Assembly (NCBI RefSeq): GCF_006345805.1
Contig: NC_043014.1
Coordinates: forward strand, 25,854,001 to 25,918,000
Length of the DNA stretch: 64,000 nucleotides
From: Octopus sinensis
Lineage: Eukaryota
Direction: 5' to 3'
Made by a program: the position numbers and the translations under genes. The notes beneath the pieces were generated by a model. It was not told the origin of the DNA. It made no database searches and saw only the letters and a list, made by a program, of their open reading frames with translations. Shown piece after piece: positions 12,334 through 25,138 of the stretch. Each line of letters starts with the position of its first letter. Within the stretch, counting starts at the first letter, position 1.

Positions 12334-12545
12334 GATCCATGGCCAGGATCCAGGGTAAGCTTCCGTGCCTCCCACTATATAGGAGATTCTCTTCCGGATG
12401 AAACTAATTCCACATTCATTCGTGTGACCAGTAGACTTCATAGCATTGCATACATTCTGGCCGATTTTGGAAATATCTTGGTGACAGGGTGGCGGTCTCT
12501 CACCAAGGGTTATTAGCTCCGAGTAAGATGCGGCAATGAATGAGA
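12334..12545 (-). CDS. S1 serine protease exon: propeptide and activation site (…ECGISFIRKRISY-IVGGTEAYPGSWPWI)
   Basis: Acceptor ctttctatctttgaag, donor atc|gtacgt. 212 nt, phase 1 to phase 0. IVGG and PGSWPW motifs. Not in the ORF track. Confidence 0.93.
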
Positions 12546-12742
12546 CTTCAAAGATAGAAAGTAGAATTGGAAATTCAGGACATATGGAATAGAAATAGAA
12601 AATATGTGCTTATACATATATGCATGCATGCAGACATACATACACACAAACACACACACACACATATATATATATATACACACACACACACTCATACACC
12701 ACGCACACAGACACAGACACACGCACACACGCACATACACAC

Positions 12743-12821
<79 letters not shown>

Positions 12822-13605
12822 TAAGTTCGTTAGGTCGGAACAATATATACACACACAACAGTATTACGTAAATATCAAACTTGGTACAGAAGTATCGGCG
12901 AATGATATTCATGCAGTGTATGTAGACAATTAGACCCAGCTGAGTAAAGAAATCCACTCTTGAGCTATTCACACGTGTACCTTATATTAAATATACAGTC
13001 CATAATATTTCTAGAGAGGTAAAAAAATTTTAATGAGTTACAGTAGAGATACAGGTGTCATTTTTTATATATTTATATATCTTGTTGTATGCATTATACT
13101 TTTATATACCTTATATTTACAGTTTCAAGTTTAAAATTTTTTATATCTGAATACACTCCTTTATATATTTTTAAATAACGTAATTACACTAGTCAAGAAT
13201 TTTTTTTTTTAAATGGTGTCAAGACACCAAACATCTTTTTTAGCTAATTTGAGAGCGCTGGATCTGAAAAACGACCTTACTTTTTCTTGGTTAGCTACAG
13301 TTTTTGCTGTACAGAAATGCCTAATTTTTTTTGGGGGGGGGGGGGCAAAAAAAGCATTTTTTCATTTGTATTCTGTATATTTGATATTCGTATTTTACAA
13401 AATTATATACGTATATTTATTTATTTAATTATTTTATTGTTTTTATCGTGGACCTGAAAAGTGGTTATATTTAAATTGAATTGATTTTACTATTATCAGT
13501 TTTTAAATATAGCCACGAAACACGTGTAGTCATTTTACCAATCATATACTTTTTATTTATTATTTTGTACATTACTTAATCATTGGTATATGTTATTATG
13601 TGTTT

Positions 13606-13651
<46 letters not shown>

Positions 13652-13751
13652 AAATAAGGATAAAATCTTTATAAGAAATTATCAGTAGTTAGCGTGAAAA
13701 ACCTCGTAAGAGAAAAAATCTGTAAATTTTTCCACTTTGAAAATATTTATT

Positions 13752-13905
13752 TATATTATATAGAGGGTACTATTATTCATAGGTACCGCACGCTAGGAGG
13801 TACTCTTGCAGTCAAAACTACTAAAATAAAATTTATTTTAGTAGTTTTGACTGCAAGAGTCCCTCCTAGCGTGCGGTACCTATGAATAATAGTACCCTCT
13901 ATATA

Positions 13906-13909
<4 letters not shown>
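13752..13909. mobile_element. Near-perfect hairpin (MITE-like) in TA context, with inverted copy at ~20322-20478
   Basis: agagggtactattattcatagg…cctatgaataatagtaccctct, with one stem mismatch outside the central loop. Confidence 0.8.
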
Positions 13910-13975
<66 letters not shown>

Positions 13976-14749
13976 TGTCCTTTCTAAATTCAGGCTTGTG
14001 CCTATAATAAGGAAAATATCTCGAGCAGACTCGGTTTATTTGCGTTGTTTCTTGGAATTTCTGCTACCCTGCAATGTGAGTTCGCCTTTGGCTTGTTACC
14101 TGTTTTATATTATTTTGTGAATAGAACTGTTGTCCGTTGTCAGACAGAAATTTTCGTCTTACGGGGCGGAAATTATATTGTGGAACACTGTTTAAAAAAT
14201 ATTTTGTGAATTATTTGTGAAATATTTTTTACCAGTTGACGGGTTGTGAATTTTCTGTTAATTTGTCATTTTTTGGCAAAGATTTAAAAAATTGTCATGG
14301 AATTCAACATTGAATCCAACCTAGACTTCTCCGAGATGGGAAAAGTAAATGAAAGTCAAAATGCAAGTTCAAAGGATATACAAAAGGGGAAGGAAAAACA
14401 AAGTTTAAAATTAGAGAATAACAAGTGGGTGGAGGAAAGAAAAAAGGGGAAAGGAAGAAAAAGAAATAAAAGAAAAAGAAACAGAAAATTAGGGAGAGAA
14501 TGCAAAAAATAGATAGAGGTAGAGAGAGTGAAATGATGGCAATCCAATAAGTATCTAATGAAAGTTAGATACTTCGTTCAGCTTGCGAAACGAACACATA
14601 TAAAACGCACACATAATACAAACATACATACAAATACCATACATATATAGACACACATACAAATATACAAATAAATATATACGCAAATACATGCCCACAT
14701 ATATATTTATATATATATGCATGCACGTATATATATAAATATATATACA

Positions 14750-14810
<61 letters not shown>

Positions 14811-14813
<3 letters not shown>

Positions 14814-15900
14814 AATTAAGGACTGAGCACGAAAAGGTGGACAGTCAACATGCTAGATATAGACGTCAAATCGCCATTTTCCACAAGGATTATGTTCTCA
14901 AATAAAAATAAAATTCAGCACGACCTAAAGCAATGGATGAGACAAAGAAAAATACTAAGTGGAATAATTACCTACGTACTGCAGTTTCAGCTATTAATAT
15001 CACAAGGATATCTGTAGCTTCATCAGCGTAGTCTGTTATGAGCATAATATGCTGTACTAGATGAAAAACGGTACCGAAGTCCCGCATGCAAAAAGTACAA
15101 CCTATTACGTTCGGATGTATCTTTCGAATGCCTCTACTTTTGGCGCGCTGATAATCGAAAGCTAGCCTGCAGCCAATAATTAGCAGCAGTCAATTTATCG
15201 GTTTGAGAACATATATTTCATATTTAAAAATTAAGGGTAGAAATTGATATTAGTCAATTAAAACCAGTGGTCTAGCACATTAAAAAGAATCCGAAGATTA
15301 AAATATTTATATATACCAATTAAGGACTGAGCACGAAAAGGTGGACAGTCAACATGCTAGATATAGACGTCAAATCGCCATTCTCCACAAGGATTATGTT
15401 CTCAAATAAAAATAAAATTCAAACCGATAAATTGACTGCTGCTAATTATTGGCTGCAGGCTAGTTTTTCGATTATCAGCGCGCCAAAAGTAGAGGCATTC
15501 GAAAGATACATCCGAACGTAATAGGTTGTACTTTTTGCATGCGGGACTTCGGTACCGTTTTTCATCTAGTACAGCATATTATGCTCATAACAGACTACGC
15601 TGATGAAGCTACAGATATCCTTGTGATATTAATAGCTGAAACTGCAGTACATAGGTAATTATTCCACTTAGTATTTTTCTTTTGTCTCATCCATTGCTTT
15701 AGGTCGTGCTGAATTTTATTTTTATTTGAGAACATAATCCTTGTGGAGAATGGCGATTTGACGTCTATATCTAGCATGTTGACTGTCCACCTTATCGTGC
15801 TCAGTCCTTAATTGGTATATATAAATATTTTAATCTTCGGATTCTTTTTAATGTGCTAGACCACTGGTTTTAATTGACTAATATCAATTTCTACCCTTAA

Positions 15901-15907
<7 letters not shown>
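14811..15907. repeat. Complex direct-plus-inverted block X-Y-Z-X-Y'-X'-Z' within a TA microsatellite
   Basis: X 14811-14916 and 15316-15421. Y 14917-15208. Z ~15225-15314. Reverse-complement Y'X'Z' at 15421-15907. Absent from the mirror arm. Confidence 0.88.
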
Positions 15908-15949
<42 letters not shown>

Positions 15950-16070
15950 ATATATATAAATGTACACACATATACACATACATACACATACCTACAATAT
16001 GTACATACACATAAATATATAGAGACATGTATTCACATGAAGACAAATATATACACCATAACGTATATAC

Positions 16071-17393
16071 CAATACCCAAAAAAGGCGATTTGTCCCTCG
16101 TCACCAACTACAGGGGCATATTTCTAATGTAATTGCTGCAAAACTGTACAACAAACTGATCCTAAATCGTCTTGTCCTTTTTGTTGAACCTTTGCTCCGA
16201 AAGAACCAAAATGGATTCAGACATGGGCGCTCAACGCTGAGCCAGATACTATGCCTGCGCAGACTTATTGAAGAATCAAAAGCATTTAATCGGGATCTTG
16301 CAATGGTATTTGTAGACTTTTCTAAAGCGTTCGATTCTGTAGATAGGTACAAGATGTTTGAAATCCTTAAGCTCTATGGGATACCAGACAAAATTATTTC
16401 TGCCATCAAGGTCCTCTACACAGATACGTCTTCAACCATCTTAACTCCTGATGGAGAAACATCATCTTTCCCAATCAAAGCCGGAATACTGCAGGGAGAC
16501 ACACTCGCCCCATTTCTTTTCATCATTGTTGTTGATTATGTGCTACGTATGTCAGTTGATACCATCCCTGGCAAGGGCTTTGAAATAAAACCAAGAAGAA
16601 GTTCCAGACACCCAGCTGAGTACTTGACAGACACTGACTTTGCTGACGACATCGCTCTTATCAGTGATTCTCTCTCCAATGCCCAGTCTCTTTTACAATC
16701 TCTTGAACAAGCCTCAAATTGTGTAGGTCTTTACCTCAATGAGGCCAAAACTGAATACATAAACACGTGCCTGTCCAACAGTGATTGCATCATCCACACT
16801 CTCAACAGTGCGCCTTTAAATATGGTTTCTGATTATAAATATCTTGGGTCATACATATCATCATCTGGAAAATACTTTCTAACTAGAAAGGGTATGGCCT
16901 GGTCAGCCTGTAATGACATGCATAAGATCTGGTCATCAAATCTAAGTATAGACTTCAAACTTGAAATATTCAAAGCCACAGTCGAACCAATTCTACTATA
17001 TGGCTCAGAAACCTGGACGTTATCAAAGAAGCTTGAGAGGCGGTTGGATGGAACCTACACTCGCCTTCTTATGAGAGCTGAAAATATCCCGTGGAAGCGC
17101 CATCCAACCAAAATGCAAATATATGGGAAATTACCACCTTGTGAAAGGTAGGAGAGTCCAGTTTGCTGGACATTGTTGTAGAGCTGAAAAAGAAGTAATT
17201 TCTACTCTTCTCCTCTGGAAGCCATCTACTCGCAATACCAGAGGGTGCACACTCACCTACCCTGATGTAATATTCAGGGATACAGGCATCCAGCAACAGG
17301 ACATCCGTAATGCCATGATGGACCGTGAAGTCTGGCGTAACATAGTAAATTCCATTGTCTCGACCACGGTCGAACAATGATGATGATGATGAT
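16071..17393 (+). mobile_element. 5'-truncated RTE-clade LINE (RT domain) with (TGA)n tail and 8-bp TSD gtatatac
   Basis: ORF with QNGFR, VDFSKAFDSV, GILQGDTLAPFLF, DFADDIAL, YKYLG. TSD at 16063-16070 and 17394-17401. Frameshifts near 16130 and 17140. Confidence 0.93.
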
Positions 17394-17789
17394 GTATATA
17401 CGCAATCATTTTAAAAATCTGTCTGGTATATATAATATTAAAATGTTAAAATAAGGAAATTGCACAATAAATTAATATAACATAATTAAATGCGTGAGGG
17501 AACAATAAAAATAAATCTTTGGCGAAGCTTAAGCTTAAATTTGTAAAACAGACGAAGACTTTCTTAAAAGTGAAGTCGAAATATACACTAGCATTGTAAT
17601 TTACGAAATAACTATAAGGTGTAAATTCAAATTCAAATGCGACAGTCAAAATTTTCCGAAAGTCAAAAGATTTTACCCATTCGGTATTTTATTGGTTGAC
17701 ACTTTGAACCTCGCGGCGTGCCTGCAGGAATTTAAAATTCGCGTCTCTGGTTCAAAGCATGTTTATCCTGGAACATGTTTCGTATTTAT

Positions 17790-18910
17790 GTGCTTACTGT
17801 AGTGTAACCCGCTCCTTTTTTCTTTTAGAAAGTTTGAGCGATCTCCACAAGCAGGAAGAAGGAAATGGAACTTTACCCATTGGATTTCCCTCTAAATATT
17901 ATACCCATCCCGGCACAGAAGCAATACATCAAAAGTCTTATCGAAAAACCGGAGGATTTTATCTGAAGAATGAGATGGAAAGCCTTCTTCTTTGATACAA
18001 ACCAGAAATCTAATGGAAACAAATATGGCCTTAAATATTCTAAAAATCTACCACCTATTTCGGAATAGTAAGCCTTTGAAAAAGATCTCTTCTGGCTTAT
18101 TAGAAATATTAAATTTCACATATTCAACAACCAACTCCAGAGCGATATGGAGTTAAAAGAGAGACATAAAGAATATGGATAAGACCTTCATAAATATTGC
18201 CGTCAAAAAACTTATATGCGGTTGACAAAAATGTTTATAAACGTCTAATTTCGAACAGCATCAGAGACACTTACAAAAAAGATAACTCAAGTTTATGTAA
18301 AGAGGTGAAATTGGAGGCAAGAAGTATTACTAACAACCTTAAGGTTAGTAATAGGATAGAATACCTCCCCAACCACACCAACCCTTTATTACCCTGAAAG
18401 ACTACAAAGCTAATTTCAAGAGAAACCCTGGATCTTTTCGGTTTCAACGGCAGTTTTTTCTAGCGGTGTCATATGAAATTGTCACCCATAATTATGACTC
18501 TAGTATCGATCTATTGCATTTCAATCTGTTTTAGGGTTAGTGTTAGTTAGGGTTAGGGGTGGGGGAAGGGTATCTTTTTTTCTTCACAAATGTAAATAAA
18601 CCCAATCTGTTTCTTAAACGAGGGACATATTCATACGGCACAGAATGTTTTTTTACCTCAGTAGACGTCATTGATTGGTTGAAATTGCAGAAATTGAAGA
18701 AAAAAACAAATATCTTACAAACTATAGAATTTTTTCAATAAAGCCAAGAGAAAAAGATGTTTTATAAACAGATTCTACCAGTATACGAAGTTTAAAAGTG
18801 TTTAGTTACGTGGAAAATATTAAAAAAAACTGCCGTTCAAACCGAAAAGATCCTAAATCCTAAATGTAGACTAATTAATCCAGCTAAAACTGAAATTGGT
18901 TCAAAGGAAT
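17790..18910 (+). mobile_element. Penelope-like element N-terminal/RT remnant
   Basis: Hand translations FI*RMRWKAFFF and NPKCRLINPAKTEIG. Interrupted by a MITE. Confidence 0.65.
18430..18853. mobile_element. MITE with ~30-bp TIRs
   Basis: ggatcttttcggtttcaacggcagtttttt … aaaaaaactgccgttcaaaccgaaaagatcc. Imperfect flanking repeat aaaccct/aaatcct. Confidence 0.75.
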
Positions 18911-18979
18911 TAACCATAAGCATAACTGCAAATTTACGCATTTTGATATTGTCAATTTTTACCCGTCAATATCTTTTTA

Positions 18980-19133
18980 AGGTGGTGAGTTGGCAGAAAC
19001 GTTAGCATGCAGGCGAAATGCTTAGCGGTATTTCGTCTGTCTTTACGTTCTGAGTTCAAATTCCGCCGAGGTCGACTTTGCCTTTCATCCTATCGGGGTC
19101 GATAAATTAAGTAACAGTTGCGTACTGGGGTCG
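18980..19133 (+). mobile_element. SINE-like interspersed repeat; related copies at ~36780-37160, ~46400-46540, ~57105-57330
   Basis: Shared core cgaccccagta…tttatcgaccccg…aaagtcgacctcggc…gaactcagaacg in either orientation. Confidence 0.75.
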
Positions 19134-19383
19134 ATTTAAGCTTAAGCTTCGCCAAAGATTTATTTTTATTGTTCCCTCACGCATTTAATTATGTTATATT
19201 AATTTATTGTGCAATTTCCTTATTTTAACATTTTAATATTATATATACCAGACAGATTTTTAAAATGATTGCGTATATACGTTATGGTGTATATATTTGT
19301 CTTCATGTGAAGACATGTCTCTATATATTTATGTGTATGTACATATTGTAGGTATGTGTATGTATGTGTATGTATGTGTGTAC

Positions 19384-19446
<63 letters not shown>

Positions 19447-20233
19447 TATTATATATATATATATGCATGTATATATATTTATATATATACGTGTATGCAT
19501 ATATATATAATATATATGTGGGCATGTATTTGCATATATATTTATTTGTATATTTGTATGTGTGTCTATATATGTATGGTATCTAACTTTCATTAGATAC
19601 TTATTGGATTACCATAATTTCACTCTCTCTACCTCTATCTATTTTTTGCATTCTCTCCCTAATTTTCTGTTTCTTTTCTTCTATTTCTTTTTCTTCCTTT
19701 CCCTTTTTTCTTTCCTCCACCCACTTGTTATTCTCTAATTTTAAACTTTGTTTTTCCTTCCCCTTTTGTATATCCTTTGAACTCGCATTTTGACTTTCAT
19801 TTACTTTTCCCATCTCGGAGAAGTCTAGGTTGCATTCAATGTTGAATTCCATGACAATTTTTTAAATCTTTACCAAAAAATGACAAATTACCAGAAAATT
19901 CACAACCCGTCAACTGGTAAAAAGTCATATTTCACAAATAATTCACAAAATATTTTTTAAACAGTGTTCCACAATATAATTTCCGCCCCGTAAGACGAAA
20001 ATTTCTGTCTGACAACGGACAACAGTTCTATTCACAAAATGACAAAATAATATAAAACAGGTAACAAGCCAAAGGCGAACTCACATTGCAGGGTAGCAGA
20101 AATTCCAAGAAACAACGCAAATAAACCGAGTCTGCTCGAGATATTTTCCTTATTATAGGCACAAGCCTGAATTTAGAAAGGACACCACACACACCACACA
20201 CACACACACCACACACACACACACACCACACAT

Positions 20234-20321
<88 letters not shown>

Positions 20322-20576
20322 ATATTATATAGAGGGTACTATTATTCATAGGTACCGCACGCTAGGAGGGACTCTTGCAGTCAAAACTACTAAAATAAAT
20401 TTTATTGTAGTAGTTTTGACTGCAAGAGTACCTCCTAGCGTGCGGTACCTATGAATAATAGTACCCTCTATATAATATAATAAATATTTTCAAAGTGGAA
20501 AAATTACAGATTTTTTCTCTTACGAGGTTTTTCAAGCTAACTACTGATAATTTCTATAAAGATTTTATCCTTATTT

Positions 20577-20613
<37 letters not shown>

Positions 20614-21424
20614 ATATATATATATATATATATTAGAAAAAACACATAAGAACATATACCAATGATTAAGTAATTTACAAAATAATAAATAAAAAGTATA
20701 TGATTGGTAAAATGACTACACGTATTTCGTGGCTATATTTAAAACTGATAATAGTAAAATCAATTCAATTTAAATATAACCACTTTTCAGGTCCACGATA
20801 AAAACAATAAAATAATTAAATAAATAAATATACGTATATAATTTTGTAAAATACGAATATCAAATATACAGAATACAAATGAAAAAATGCTCTTTTTGCC
20901 CCCCCCCCCAAAAAAAAATTAGGCATTTCTGTACAGCAAAAACTGTAGCTAACCAAGAAAAAGTAAGGTCGTTTTTCAGATCCAGCGCTCTCAAATTAGC
21001 TAAAAAAGATGTTTGGTGTCTTGACACCATTTCAAAAAAAAAAAAATTCTTGACCAGTGTAATTACGTTATTTAAAAATATATAAAGGAGTGTATTCAGA
21101 TATAAAAAATTTTAAACTTGAAACTGTAAATATAAGGTATATAAAAGTATAAAACATACAACAAGATATATAAATATATAAAAAATGACACCTGTATCTC
21201 TACTGTAACTCATTAAAATTTTTTTATCTCTCTAGAAATATTATGGACTGTATATTTAATATAAGGTACACGTGTGAATAGCTCAAGAGTGGATTTCTTT
21301 ACTCAGCTGGGTCTAATTGTCTACATACACTGCATGAATATCATTCGCCGATACTTCTGTACCAAGTTTGATATTTACGTAATACTGTTGTGTGTGTATA
21401 TATTGTTCCGACCTAACGAACTTA

Positions 21425-21463
<39 letters not shown>

Positions 21464-21467
<4 letters not shown>

Positions 21468-21609
21468 AATTGCAGCGTGGAAGGTGTTTATAAGCCATTT
21501 AAGAAACACACAAAATGTTGACAAATTAAACTTAAATGTTGAAGTGAATCGAACGGCTTTTGTGTGTTTCTTAAATGGCTTATAAACACCTTCCACGCTG
21601 CAATTGTTT
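21464..21609. mobile_element. Foldback/MITE with perfect 52-bp inverted repeats
   Basis: 21464-21515 is the reverse complement of 21558-21609. Present only in the right arm of the large inversion. Confidence 0.85.
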
Positions 21610-21658
21610 TCGTTTCAGCGCACGATCAAATTACTTGCTATGCGAGTACATCTCCGTA

Positions 21659-21715
<57 letters not shown>

Positions 21716-21899
21716 GTGTGTATGTGCGTGTGTGCGTGTGTCTGTGTCTGTGTGCGTGGTGTATGAGTGTGTTTCTACACATAAATGTGTGTGTGTGTGT
21801 GTAAGTACATATGCGTGTGGGCTTGTAACCTGGGTATAAACTGAAACTATATTAAAAGAATTCTGATACGAAAAGAGCAGAACACCGAAAATTGCATAT

Positions 21900-21904
21900 A
21901 TGTG

Positions 21905-21941
<37 letters not shown>

Positions 21942-22870
21942 TATGTGTATGTGTATGTGTATGTATGTATATGTATGTGTGTAAATTTATATATATATAT
22001 ATATATTATATATATATATATTATATATATATATGCATGTATATATATTATATATATACGTGTATGTTTATATACATAAATATATATGTGGGCATGTATT
22101 TGCGTATATATTTATTTGTATATTTGTATGTGTGTCTATATATGTATGGTATTTGTATGTATGTTTGTATTATGTGTGCGTTTTATATGTGTTCGTTTCG
22201 CAAGCTGAACGAAGTATCTAACCTTCATTAGATACTTATTGGATTGCCATCATTTCACTCTCTCCACCTCTATCTATTTTCTGCATTCTCTCCCTAATTT
22301 TCTGTTTCTTTTTCTTTTATTTCTTTTTCTTTCTTTCCCCTTTTTTCTTTCTTCCACCCACTTGTTATTCTCTAATTTTAAACTTTGTTTTTCCTTCTCC
22401 TTTTGTATATCCTTTTGTATATCCTTTTGTATAAATTTTGATTGTCGCATTTGAATTTGAATTTACACCTTACTTTGTATTACAATGCTAGGGCATATTT
22501 CGACTTCACTTTTAAGAAAGCCTTTGTCTGTTTTACAAATTTTACAAATGAAAGTCAAAATGCAAGTTCAAAGGATATACAAAAGGGGAAGGAAAAACAA
22601 AGTTTAAATTTGTAAAGCATATTTATTTGTATATTTGTATGTATGATTGTATTTACATGTAATTCTGTGTGCGTTTTTGTATGTGTTCGTTTCCCAAGCT
22701 GAACGAAGTATCTAACTTTCGTTAGATACTTATTGGAATGCCATCATTTCACTCTCTCTACCTCTATCTATTTTTCCCTTTCTCTCTCTAATTTTCTGTT
22801 TCTTTTTCTTTTATTTCTTTTACTTCCTTTTCTCCTTTTCTTTCCCCCCACTTGTTATTCTCTGATTTTT
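21900..22870. repeat. Scrambled additional copies of segments from the large inverted duplication
   Basis: ~21940-22420 resembles 19350-19770. 22435-22540 is the reverse complement of ~17541-17660. 22545-22610 resembles ~14345-14408. 22615-22870 is a diverged further copy. Confidence 0.8.
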
Positions 22871-23577
22871 TCTTTTCTTTCTTTCGCCTGTAGCAACTAA
22901 CTTGTATAAGCATGCACCAGGAGATTTTGTGCGCATGCGTATGTGTTCGTGCATACATTTATATGCATTTGTATATATTTATGTTGCCTATATTTGTCTG
23001 TATATGTATGTAGCCCATGTACCTACGTCTGTATGCTTAGTGTATATACGTATAATATAGATTGCTTGGTATGTGTATATATTGCTAAATGTATATGTAA
23101 TTTAGCGAGAACATTTTTTAAACGGATATATCTTTTAATTTATTATTATTTTTAAAGATAATTATTTACCCTGGGTATTCAGGCCTTTTTCTTTATTTAT
23201 AAGCTATTTTTGAATTAAGGCTGTCTTCGATTTTTATAGTAATATGATTTTAATCCGCAATTTGCTATTTCATGCAACTCGTTATTGAAAGGACCAATGA
23301 AACAAAACCATTTTCAAATGTGTATATATCAAATTAATTATATTTCTTCATATAACTTTATCTTGCTTCATTCTAAACAAAACTTTCCGACGAACGGGAA
23401 CGGAAAACTCCGAGTAATAATTTTTGTGATATTTTTGCTGCTTTTTAATAAAGCATATTATTCTCCCTCTGGTATTCGAGTACTATTTTTCCACCTTGTT
23501 TCGCATTTATGTGCTTACTCTTGCATATATATATTTATACGCATACACACACACGCGCACGCACGCGCACACACACA

Positions 23578-23609
<32 letters not shown>

Positions 23610-23827
23610 TATAATACATACAGATATGTAATATAGAGTGCAACGACTATTGATACATTGACATAGAAACTTAAATTCCTGAATATAAGTTATTCAATAA
23701 ATATGTATACATATATGCATATACACATATATACATATGTGTATGAATATAGGTATACGTGTGTGTATGTCTATGTGTAATGTATTCAGTGTATGTGTAA
23801 TGTATTATGTGTATTTAGAAAACTTAC

Positions 23828-23849
23828 CCAGCAAAAGAAGGCAGAACAT
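23828..23849 (-). CDS. S1 serine protease, first coding exon (signal peptide start MFCLLLL-)
   Basis: ATG TTC TGC CTT CTT TTG CTG G|gtaagt gives a phase-1 donor. There is an upstream acceptor (tctatatttcag, exon start 23869). It joins in phase to the 12545 exon to give the signal peptide MFCLLLLVSFIAASYS. Confidence 0.75.
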
Positions 23850-24974
23850 CGCAAGTGTTCAACGGAATTCTGAAATATAGAATTTCTAGACTTTAGTTAG
23901 TGGTCATAATATTTCTGTTATTTTGCTTGGGTATATTTAAACATTTAGCCCATTATGATAGGTTTTGGCCCATTCAACTTGACCTGTATGAAAGTCTTTT
24001 TCTACGTGGTCAATACTCGAATTGTTTGGGTGTTAAAAAACTGTATATGAGTTGTTTCACTTCAGCAACACTCCGATGCTGGTTAACCCCATTCTTATTC
24101 ATGTTCTACTCACTATGATATTCCAGTTACCAAATCTTTCTGTAGATTTAAGTATTGTACCGTCAACGTACATTTTAATGAAACAGTATTTAAAAAAATG
24201 TATTTCTCTCTCATTCCTTTCTGATTTATTTACAGTTTGACATTATCACAAGGCCAGTGATTTCTGAAGGACATTAGCAGTACCTTGCGCTAAGTTTAGT
24301 CAAATAGTTATAATAGGGAACTTGAACAGGTGGGGATATTCTAGTTTTGTTTTACAAAACGTAAAGTTAGAATTAGGATGACCTTTATCAAAAGTTTTGA
24401 TAAATTCGTGACCGTGCATGTTTCATATATTTGTATTAGTATTTGATATAGATTCTTAATCATGTCTGTTGTGTACTTCAAAGTAGAGATAAGCTCACAG
24501 CAAAACAAATCTCGTAGGTAACCTCAATTCCAGATTCTAGTTACGCTATTACAATTGATGCCAACAATGTACTTGAATTTGACATTATTTTAAACAATGC
24601 ATAAACTTATTTCGAGAGAAAAAGATGTTACGTCGCACGTCATTCATTTACGTAATCCTAACTTGTAGGTTTCACTTTTTGAATTTGTGGATTACTGGAG
24701 GTCATGAAAAAATGAACCTCCCCACCAAAAAACCCCCCCAAACCCCCCTAAATACCAGAAAAAAACCTAACACACTAGTAAAATATACAATGCTTTTTAA
24801 AATCACTATTTCTTAAATAAGTGCAAGGCCAGAAATATTGTAGAAAGAGAAAAGTTTATATTCATCTACATTACTAGCTTTCAAGTATCTGGGATTTAAA
24901 AACTTATTCGCACACGAACACGTTCACACAAACAAACGTACATTTATAACATGATATAAAAAATGTTTATTTAG

Positions 24975-25107
24975 GTGTAGGCGTGGGTATGTGGTAAGAA
25001 GTATGCTTCCCAACCAATCGGTTCCGGGTTTAGTTCCACTGCATGGTACCTTGGGCAAGTGTCTTCTACTATAGCTTCCGGAAATGGAAACTGAGAGAAG
25101 CTCGTCG

Positions 25108-25138
<31 letters not shown>

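Larger units (their letters stand above)
12685..21772. repeat. Large inverted duplication: left arm 12685-17540, right arm 19134-21772
   Basis: Collinear reverse-complement matches throughout. ORFs 12610(-)/21274(+) and 14297(+)/19601(-) mirror each other. Confidence 0.92.

Noticed and set aside
16027-16110. N-terminus of the 374-aa RT ORF as a genuine start
   Set aside because: The ATG lies in flanking host sequence before the TSD. The element is 5'-truncated and frameshifted.
12685-21772. Inverted duplication as a pure assembly artefact
   Set aside because: The arms differ by substitutions and by arm-specific insertions, one with a clean TSD. Long-read confirmation is still desirable.
23870-24700. 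Upstream 5' UTR exon and promoter of the protease
   Set aside because: The acceptor at 23870 implies one, but several possible donors exist and none can be supported without transcripts.
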